A stretch of 64,000 nt of DNA from an uncultured Balneolaceae bacterium (GTDB lineage Bacteria > Bacteroidota > Rhodothermia > Balneolales > Balneolaceae). Under the pieces are notes generated by a model. That model was given only the letters and a program-made list of their open reading frames with translations. It was not told the DNA's origin and did no database searches. Position numbers and translations under genes: made by a program. The stretch is from positions 2,369 to 66,368 of the forward strand of contig CAXBBW010000018.1 in the NCBI GenBank assembly GCA_963974345.1, read 5' to 3'. Position 1 is the stretch's first letter; the number at the start of each line of letters is the position of its first letter. Positions 20,527-27,968 of this stretch are shown here, one piece after another.

Positions 20527-20542
20527 AATTTTTTAAAAATTT

Positions 20543-21589
20543 TTAAACTGAATTTCTAACAACTAATTCAGTTGGAATAGTGAGTTGATGACTCCCTCTC
20601 TGAAATTTTGAGGGTTTAATGTCACTCTCATCAAGAATTTCGGTGAGGTAGCGAAGTGCTAATTCTCCGAACTGTTCTTTAAAAACTCGAATGGTCGTAA
20701 GCTGAGGTGAAGCAAACTTTGCTCCATCTACATCATCAAAACCAACTACAGCTATATCTTCGGGTACTTTGATATGATGTTGTTCAGCGTACTTCATAAA
20801 ACCTAATGCCATTGCATCATTTGCACAAAAGACAGCAGTAGGTGCTGCTCCCGATTTCATTAGTTTTGCACCAAGATTATATCCGGTTTGCAACGTAGGT
20901 GAATCCTCTTCCTCAAGAAAAACCAAATCAGAGGTGTCCTTATGTCCTTCTTTTAACATTGCAAGTTGATAGCCTTCCAAACGTTCTGAGATACTGGGGT
21001 GATATGGATCTGCACCTAGAAACGATATCCTTGAATGACCTTTACCTATTAAATATCGAACCGCTTCTATAGAGGCATTCCTATTATCGACAGAAATACT
21101 TGGAAATGACTTATACTTATAATCAACTAACACAAAAGGAATACCTGATTCTTCTACTTCTTCCAACAATTCGCCACTTACTTTTCCGGCGATAATTATT
21201 CCATCTACATTTCTTTCTTTAAGCAATCTAGGTGTATCCTCACCTGCTTTATAATCATCAGAAACAGTAGCTAGTAATACATATAAATTATGTTTCTTTG
21301 ACTCAAATTCAGCTCCAAGAAAAATACGGGTGTAAAAAGGTTCACTTAGTGTAAAGTGGGTTTCACGTAGTATGAAGCCAATATTATTTGTTCTGTTGGA
21401 AGCAAGATTACGGGCTGATGCAGTAGGCACATAACCAAGTTCTTCAATAGAATTCAGTATGTCTTTTCTTTTTTCGTCACTTACATATCCTTTTTGATTT
21501 ACAACCATTGAAACAGTTGACATAGAGGCGTTTGCATGTATTGCAACGTCTTTTATAGTGACTTTTTTCTTCGTTTTAGTGTTTGTCAA
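20543..21589 (-). CDS. LacI family transcriptional regulator
   Basis: HTH block VTIKDVAIHANASMSTVSMVVNQKGYVSDEKRKDILNSIEELGYVPTASARNLA followed by a periplasmic-binding-protein-like sugar domain. The start is uncertain: the longest ORF begins at TTG 21652 but would cover the operator palindrome, so TTG 21589 (MTNTKTKKKVTIKD) is proposed. Confidence 0.85.
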   Translation of the reverse strand: MTNTKTKKKVTIKDVAIHANASMSTVSMVVNQKGYVSDEKRKDILNSIEELGYVPTASARNLASNRTNNIGFILRETHFTLSEPFYTRIFLGAEFESKKHNLYVLLATVSDDYKAGEDTPRLLKERNVDGIIIAGKVSGELLEEVEESGIPFVLVDYKYKSFPSISVDNRNASIEAVRYLIGKGHSRISFLGADPYHPSISERLEGYQLAMLKEGHKDTSDLVFLEEEDSPTLQTGYNLGAKLMKSGAAPTAVFCANDAMALGFMKYAEQHHIKVPEDIAVVGFDDVDGAKFASPQLTTIRVFKEQFGELALRYLTEILDESDIKPSKFQRGSHQLTIPTELVVRNSV

Positions 21590-21608
21590 AATTAAATCCT
21601 TTGTTTTG

Positions 21609-21622
21609 TCGAAGCGCTTCGA
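21609..21622. promoter_or_regulatory. Candidate LacI-family operator (perfect 14-bp palindrome) in the lacI / ABC-ATPase divergent region
   Basis: TCGAAGCGCTTCGA is its own reverse complement with a central CG, as in LacI/GalR-type operators. It lies 117 nt upstream of ATG 21739. Confidence 0.45.
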
Positions 21623-21738
21623 TAAATTTATAGAAATTAAACTGAAAAACAATACTTTTTTTTGCTTTTATTAAATTCCATTCAATAAAAGTGTATTTAG
21701 ACTCCACCGGATATTGATACCCTAACCAAATTAGAACT

Positions 21739-22854
21739 ATGTCAAACATCGAAATTAACAACGTTTTCAAGAACTACGATCAAACCAGCGTGGTAAAAGG
21801 AGTTTCACTAACAGTTAGTGATGGAGAGTTTATGGTATTAGTGGGCCCCTCTGGCTGTGGTAAATCTACCCTTTTAAGAATGATTGCAGGTTTAGAAAGT
21901 ATTGATTCAGGGACTATTTCAATTGATGGGGAAATTATAAATGAAGTACTACCTAAAGACAGGAATCTTGCTATGGTGTTTCAAAACTATGCACTGTATC
22001 CACATATGAGTGTTTATGAAAACCTCGCTTTTGGTTTAAAAATGATGGGTACAAAAAAGAAAGATTATGATAAACTGATCAGAGATACATCTGAAATTCT
22101 AGGGCTAAGTGAACTATTAGATCGTAAGCCTAAACAGCTCTCAGGTGGGCAAAAGCAACGCATTGCAGTTGGTCGTGCTATTGTAAGAAACCCAAAGGCT
22201 TTTCTTTTTGATGAACCCTTAAGTAATCTGGATGCAAAGCTACGCATTCAAATGAGAACTGATCTTTTAAGACTACACAGGCAACAAAAAGCTACCAGTA
22301 TTTATGTTACCCACGATCAGGTTGAAGCGATGACTATGGCAGACCGGATTGCCATTATCAATAAAGGTATAATTCAACAGGTAGATTCTCCCCTTGAGGT
22401 TTACAACAACCCCGTTAATCTTTTTGTTGCAGGATTTATTGGAAGCCCTACCATGAATTTTATTACAGGCTCAATAAAAACGATTGATGGAGCCTTAATT
22501 TTTGTTTCTGAAAATGGATCCAATCTTGTTCAAATCCCTGAAACGCTATTTAAAGACGGCAAAAATTTGTTATCTGAAAAATTAGTCCTTGGTATCCGTC
22601 CCGAGGATATTTATTTGCAAGACAATACTGAATCAAAATCACTAAAATCTTCGGCTTCTTACCCTATCGATCTAATTGAACATATGGGTGATGTATCTCT
22701 GATTCACTTAGCTTTAGAGAAAAACGTGACATGGACCGTTAAAACACCTCCTCAATCTCAACTTAGTGTTGGTTCTGAAACAGTGATTTACTTAAACCCA
22801 AAGAAAGTGCACTTCTTTAACAAAAAATCTGAGTTAAAATTAAAATCAATCTAG
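21739..22854 (+). CDS. Sugar ABC transporter ATP-binding protein (MalK/UgpC/MsmX-like)
   Basis: Walker A GPSGCGKST, signature LSGGQKQR, Walker B FLFDEPLS, and a C-terminal MalK-like regulatory domain. Confidence 0.9.
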   Translation: MSNIEINNVFKNYDQTSVVKGVSLTVSDGEFMVLVGPSGCGKSTLLRMIAGLESIDSGTISIDGEIINEVLPKDRNLAMVFQNYALYPHMSVYENLAFGLKMMGTKKKDYDKLIRDTSEILGLSELLDRKPKQLSGGQKQRIAVGRAIVRNPKAFLFDEPLSNLDAKLRIQMRTDLLRLHRQQKATSIYVTHDQVEAMTMADRIAIINKGIIQQVDSPLEVYNNPVNLFVAGFIGSPTMNFITGSIKTIDGALIFVSENGSNLVQIPETLFKDGKNLLSEKLVLGIRPEDIYLQDNTESKSLKSSASYPIDLIEHMGDVSLIHLALEKNVTWTVKTPPQSQLSVGSETVIYLNPKKVHFFNKKSELKLKSI

Positions 22855-22935
22855 TATGAGTAGCCAGTGATTATTGACAAACCAGCAGGAAATATTTTCC
22901 CAACTATTCATTGTCTTTTATTGAACTCTAAAACA

Positions 22936-25900
22936 ATGCACGGAAAAACAAAAGTGATTAATTTCTTATTAATCATCGAATTGATGGGTGTATTTTTTTT
23001 ATCGGGCACTTTAAGCGCTCAACAAATTGATATAAACAGAATCAATCAAATGCCCGATTTTCCAACTCCATATATTATGCGTGATTGGGAAAATGCAACC
23101 ATAGAATATGATTCCTTCGTTTTTAACCTAGATGCCACCGGACAATATTTACCAGTATTATTTTTCAGGGATACCCCAGTCAACTACCCAAATGAACCTA
23201 GTTTTGGTTTGCATACGGTAGTAGGAACTTCCTCTCCCACTTCAGGAGAAGCCATAAATGTGCTGCCAGCTCTTATTGGAGCTTCATTAGTTGGAATTGA
23301 TAAAAGTGATCAGAATGGATACAACTGGGTAAGAATGAGCCGGGAATTTTTCAATAAACGCCCTGAAGAAAATGTCTATCTCAACCATCCTTCTACTGAA
23401 AGTGGCGATGACTGGTGGTACGCTACTATGCCAAGTGTGTTCTTTTATCAGCTTTATGATTTATATCCTGAAACAGAAGACTTCGAATATCAGTTGAAAA
23501 GCGTTGCAGATCAGTGGTCAACCGCTATTGATAAAATGGGTGGTAGTGCTACTCCTTGGAAGGTTCCTAATATGAATTATCGGGGTTGGTATTTATCGAC
23601 TATGACTCCTTATACCAGTGGAGTTAAAGAACCGGAAGCTGCCGGAGCATTAGCTTGGATGTTATACAACGCTTACAAAGAAACCGGTGAAATCAAATAC
23701 AGAATGGGTGCCGAGTGGGCTATGGAGTTTTTGAATGCATATCCATCAAACCCGTCGTATGAGCTACAGCTAATTTATGGCATCTACACCGCAGCAAAAA
23801 TGAATGCTGAATTGGGTACAGAATATGATGTTGAAAAAATGTTGAACTGGACATTTGATGTAGGTCCATTGCGTGAATGGGGATCTATTGTAGGTAATTG
23901 GGGCGGACTTGATGTTTCTGGTTTAATAGGTGAAGTTAATGGAAGTAATGATTATGCCTTCTCTATGAACACATTTCAGCAAGCGGGAGCATTATTACCA
24001 TTATTACGTTATGATGATCGCTTTGCAAATGCTCTTGGTAAATGGATGCTTAATGCAGCAAATGCATCCAGACTTTTTTATACAGAATTTCTACCAGATA
24101 ATAAGCAAGACAGTGACGAATGGGCTCACGAATATGACCCGAACTCTGTACTTGGTCATGAAGCAATTAGGGAATCGAAATTCAATTTATCTCCTTATGC
24201 AACTGGAGATGCCATTGCCGGAGGCTGGGGAAGTACCAATCTTACTTTATATAGTTCTTCTCATGTCGGATACTTTGGTAGTATTATTGATACCACAAAT
24301 GTGGAAGGAATTCTGAAATTGGACTTATTGAAAACGGATTTCTTCAGGGATGAAGCCTACCCTACCTATTTGATAAATAATCCTTACGAAAGTTCAAAAA
24401 CGGTGTCTATTGATGTGGGCAACGGAAGCAAAGATATTTACGAATCAACAACCAATAGTTTTATTAGCACGGGAATTACAGGAGATACTGAAATCACCAT
24501 TCCTGCATTGAGTTCTTTTGTAATCGTTCTTACCCCGAGTGGTAGAATAAAATCTTATGAATACGATAAACTGTTAGTTGATAATGTCATTGTTGATTAT
24601 ATGTCCGGCCAATCTGTACCGAATTATCCTCCAAGAATTAAAGGTCTTGCAGCTGTTTCCCATAAATTATTGAAGTCAGATTCGACTTTTATTTATGCAA
24701 CTGCTGTAGATACAGACGAAGATTTACTGAACTATACCTGGTCATCAGAGTCGGGAACATTTATTGGTACTGGTTCAAAAGTAACATGGGTAGCTCCGGA
24801 TACTTCAGGCGAATATACCATTCAGGTACAGGTGAGTGACGGCAGTAGCGACCCTATCATTGAACACTTAGTTATTGAAGTAGTTGAAAAATTCAATTCA
24901 GCACCGAAAATTAGCAGTCTGAATGCAAACCCGAGAAAACTTGATTTAGGTGGCACATCCGAAATCAGTTGTTTAGCTAGTGATGAAGATGAGGATGAAA
25001 TTTTGCTTGGATGGAGTAGTTCGGGCGGAAGTATTGAGGGAACAAATGAAACCATTCAATGGAAAGCTCCGGAAACAGAAGGAAACTTTTACATTAAATG
25101 TGAGGCACGCGACCCGGATGGAGAAAGTGACTCAGATAGTATTGCTATTTCAGTGAGGGATTTGTCCGAAATCAATTCAGGTAATCTGGTGTTATACCTT
25201 CCGTTCAATGGAACTGCGTTAGATGAAAGTGGGAATTCTACCGAAGTAACGTTAAGTGGAGCATCACTTACTTCAGACCGATACGATGACTCCCAAAGAG
25301 CATATAGATTTGATGGGATCAATGATTTTATAAAAGTGACTAACTCCGAACTTCTAAATTTCTCGGATGCCATCACCCTTAATTTTTGGATTAACATTTC
25401 CACCTTTTATGATAGGGAGCAATATCCCATTTCACATGGCAATTGGGAAAAGAGATGGAAAATATCTGTTTCGGATAATATTCTCCGTTGGACGATAAAC
25501 ACCTCATCCGGAATTACGGATCTTGATGCAGAAACTGCCCTCGAAAAAAATAAATGGTATAATATTACCGCTTATTATTCCGGGGATGATATGGAATTAT
25601 ATATTGATGGAAACTTGGACGCCTTTAAATACTGGAACGGAAGTATAAGCCCCTCTCCTGTTGACTTAACTATTGGTCAGGTGCTACCCAACAATAATCA
25701 ATACAATTTTAACGGGAAAATTGATGACATACGATTGTATGATTATCCTTTGTCGCTCCAAGAGATTACTGAGCTTTTAACACTTAGTACGAATAATGAA
25801 GAAGAAAGTAAAAGTGAAATCCCCGAGAATACCGTTCTACATCAAAATTATCCAAACCCATTTAACCCTTCTACCGTTATTAGTTACCAATTATCAGAAC

Positions 25901-26088
25901 ACAGTTTGGTTTCGTTAAAGGTTTATGATTTGTTAGGTCGGGAAGTTGCCACCTTAGTTGATGAAAGAGTAAATGCCGGCAAACATCAGGTAACCTTGGA
26001 CGCTTCAGAATTTTCAAGTGGCATTTATTTCTACCGACTTACAACCAATAACATCTCCTTTACCAAAAGGATGATATTAATGAAATAA
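22936..26088 (+). CDS. T9SS-secreted multidomain protein: N-terminal unknown (possibly helical GH-like) domain, two PKD/Ig-like modules, LamG/ConA-like lectin domain, CTD
   Basis: ATG at 22936 gives a signal peptide (MHGKTKVINFLLIIELMGVFFLSGTLSAQ). PKD-like YTWSSESGTF...YTIQVQVSDG and LGWSSSGGSI...FYIKCEARDPDG. LamG-like LVLYLPFNG...FDGINDFIKV...IDDIRLYDYPLS. C-terminal LHQNYPNPFNPSTVISYQL...GIYFYRL. Confidence 0.65.
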   Translation: MHGKTKVINFLLIIELMGVFFLSGTLSAQQIDINRINQMPDFPTPYIMRDWENATIEYDSFVFNLDATGQYLPVLFFRDTPVNYPNEPSFGLHTVVGTSSPTSGEAINVLPALIGASLVGIDKSDQNGYNWVRMSREFFNKRPEENVYLNHPSTESGDDWWYATMPSVFFYQLYDLYPETEDFEYQLKSVADQWSTAIDKMGGSATPWKVPNMNYRGWYLSTMTPYTSGVKEPEAAGALAWMLYNAYKETGEIKYRMGAEWAMEFLNAYPSNPSYELQLIYGIYTAAKMNAELGTEYDVEKMLNWTFDVGPLREWGSIVGNWGGLDVSGLIGEVNGSNDYAFSMNTFQQAGALLPLLRYDDRFANALGKWMLNAANASRLFYTEFLPDNKQDSDEWAHEYDPNSVLGHEAIRESKFNLSPYATGDAIAGGWGSTNLTLYSSSHVGYFGSIIDTTNVEGILKLDLLKTDFFRDEAYPTYLINNPYESSKTVSIDVGNGSKDIYESTTNSFISTGITGDTEITIPALSSFVIVLTPSGRIKSYEYDKLLVDNVIVDYMSGQSVPNYPPRIKGLAAVSHKLLKSDSTFIYATAVDTDEDLLNYTWSSESGTFIGTGSKVTWVAPDTSGEYTIQVQVSDGSSDPIIEHLVIEVVEKFNSAPKISSLNANPRKLDLGGTSEISCLASDEDEDEILLGWSSSGGSIEGTNETIQWKAPETEGNFYIKCEARDPDGESDSDSIAISVRDLSEINSGNLVLYLPFNGTALDESGNSTEVTLSGASLTSDRYDDSQRAYRFDGINDFIKVTNSELLNFSDAITLNFWINISTFYDREQYPISHGNWEKRWKISVSDNILRWTINTSSGITDLDAETALEKNKWYNITAYYSGDDMELYIDGNLDAFKYWNGSISPSPVDLTIGQVLPNNNQYNFNGKIDDIRLYDYPLSLQEITELLTLSTNNEEESKSEIPENTVLHQNYPNPFNPSTVISYQLSEHSLVSLKVYDLLGREVATLVDERVNAGKHQVTLDASEFSSGIYFYRLTTNNISFTKRMILMK

Positions 26089-26236
26089 AGAAGCTTACGG
26101 AGTATTTAGAAGCTGGAGGTTGGATGATTGATATTGGAGCACCTTTTACGTAGGAGACCATTGGAATTACTCAGCAAGATCATCACGAGTCCGGTACTAA
26201 TCTAACGCTTCAAATCGATTTAAATGCATTTAAATA

Positions 26237-27820
26237 ACCTCCCTTGATACCTGCTACTTTGCTTTTTACAGGCTGTTCCTCCCATCCTTATTAACGAGGG
26301 GATTGAGGGAAGATCGGTTTATCAATTGGTTCAATAATCTGCTTTAGAAACAAGATCAAAGCCCCCAAAAATAAGACCGGGAAACATGGGTATGAAGAAT
26401 CCGGAGAGTTGGTAGGATCGTAAGCGGGGAAGAATTTCAACGGATCGTCAAAACGAAATCTACATGGTTTCCGGCGACTTTTCGTTCTTTTGGTCACTCA
26501 AAAGGACAAACCCTTCATCGCTGGAGGAATGACCTCCCCTGATACCTGCCACATTGCTCTTTTCAGGCAGTTCCTCCCCTCCTTACTAAGGAGGGGATTG
26601 AGAGGAGGTCGGTTTATCAATTGGTTCAATAATCTGCTTTAGAAACAAGATCAAAGCCTCCAAAAACAAGTCCAAAAGAAATGCGGTAGGCTTAGGCGTA
26701 GAGCTAGGAAGTACCCAGTTGTAGAAAGGAAATCAACGGATAGAAAAGGGAACATCTTCATTTCTTTTGGTGACTTTTCGTTCTTTTGGTCACTCAAAAG
26801 AACAAACCCTTCATCGCTGGAGGAATGACCTCCCCTGATACCTGCTATATTGCTCTTTATAGGCTGTTCCTCCCCTCCTTACTAAGGAGGGGATTGAGGG
26901 GAGGTCGTTTATTACTGGTACCGATGATCTGCTTCAGAAACAAGATTAAAGCCCCCAAAACAAGTCCAAAAGAAATGCGGTAGGCTTAGGCGTAGAGCTA
27001 GGAAGTACCCAGTTGTAGAAAGGAAATCAACGGGTAGGAAAGGGAACATCTTCATTTCTTTTGGTGTCTTTTCGTTCTTTTGGTCACTCAAAAGAACAAA
27101 CGGAATATATATTAGGTCTCAAAAATTAATAGCCTAATGATAACATACAGGCTTCTATCCACGAAGTTCCTTCGGAAGTATCCTCAGGATGACTATGGAA
27201 GATAATAATCAGCCTTTGAATTGTTGTTACCGGAGTTGAATAAAGTTCTTTAAACAATTGAACCAAATTCATGCAACAATTGAAGAGAGTTTTTATAAGA
27301 ACCCAAACGAGTTTGTCTATAAACTTAACTGAGTTTATATAAGAACTTTAAAAAGTTTTACTGAAAACTTTTTCTACACGTATCGACAGTTCGTAACGGA
27401 CATCTAAACGCAACGCATTAGATCTGGAGCTTCGTGAATACCTACCACATTGCTCTTTTCAAGCAGTTCCTCCCCTCCTTAGTAACGAGGGGATTGAGGG
27501 ATGTCGATTTTTCAATTGGTTCGATGATCTGCTTCAGAAACAAAATCAAAGCCCCCAAAACAAGTCCGGGAAACATGGGTATGAAGAATCCAGAGAGTTG
27601 GTAGGATCGTAAGCGGGGAAGAATTTCAACGGATCGTCAAAACGAAATCTACATGTTTTCCGGCGACTTTTCGTCCTTTTGGTCGCTCAAAAGAACAAAC
27701 CCTTCATCGCTAAAGGAATGACCTCCCCTGATACCTGCCACATTGATCTTTAATAAGCAATTCCTCCCCTCCTTATTAACGAGGGGATTGAGGGAAGGTC
27801 GTTTTTTACTGGTTTCAATA
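26237..27820. repeat. Array of ~295-bp structured non-coding repeats
   Basis: Units: 26237-26531, 26532-26827, 26828-27101, then a 335-bp unrelated insert, 27437-27720, and a head-only unit 27721-27820. Each unit has a head with nested inverted repeats (e.g. GACCTCCCCT 26827-26836 / AGGGGAGGTC 26897-26906 enclosing TCCCCTCCTT-ACT-AAGGAGGGGA), a central module, a tail in two variants and an end hairpin TTCTTTTG-GTCACT-CAAAAGAA. Periods measured: 295, 296 and 293 bp. Confidence 0.9.
27166..27193 (-). repeat. Solo copy of the GIY-YIG-element terminal motif (GTCATCCTGAGGATACTTCCGAAGGAAC on the minus strand)
   Basis: GTTCCTTCGGAAGTATCCTCAGGATGAC closely matches the right inverted repeat at 56221-56250. 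A weaker copy, CCTCAGAGATGAC, lies at 27872-27884. Confidence 0.6.
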
Positions 27821-27968
27821 GTATCACCTAGAACAACGCTGTGTGCTTCTTTCAAACCAAAGTACCCTGCCTCCTCAGAGATGACCAAATAGACGAAATA
27901 CCCAAAAAATAATCGCATTCCTTGTCTCTTTAAATACAATATTGTTCTGTAATCAAGAACGATCAATT

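Noticed and set aside
27104-27436. Short direct repeats in the insert within the array (GAGTTT(T/A)TATAAGAAC twice; ACAATTGAA twice) as iterons or an origin
   Set aside because: These are only two copies each in very AT-rich sequence. There is no DnaA-box-like motif or replication gene nearby, so the evidence is insufficient.
26237-27820. Possible CRISPR array, because of regularly spaced repeats
   Set aside because: The repeat units are ~295 bp and contiguous. There are no 25-40-bp repeats alternating with unique spacers, and no cas genes are in the window.
26291-27966. Listed ORFs inside the repeat array (26291-26497 minus, 26786-26983 plus, 27649-27966 minus) as protein genes
   Set aside because: Their reading frames are not preserved between repeat units; indels shift or truncate them. 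They mostly translate the hairpin sequences (e.g. PSLLRRGLRGG). Only the short central core shows any coding-like signal, and that is reported separately.
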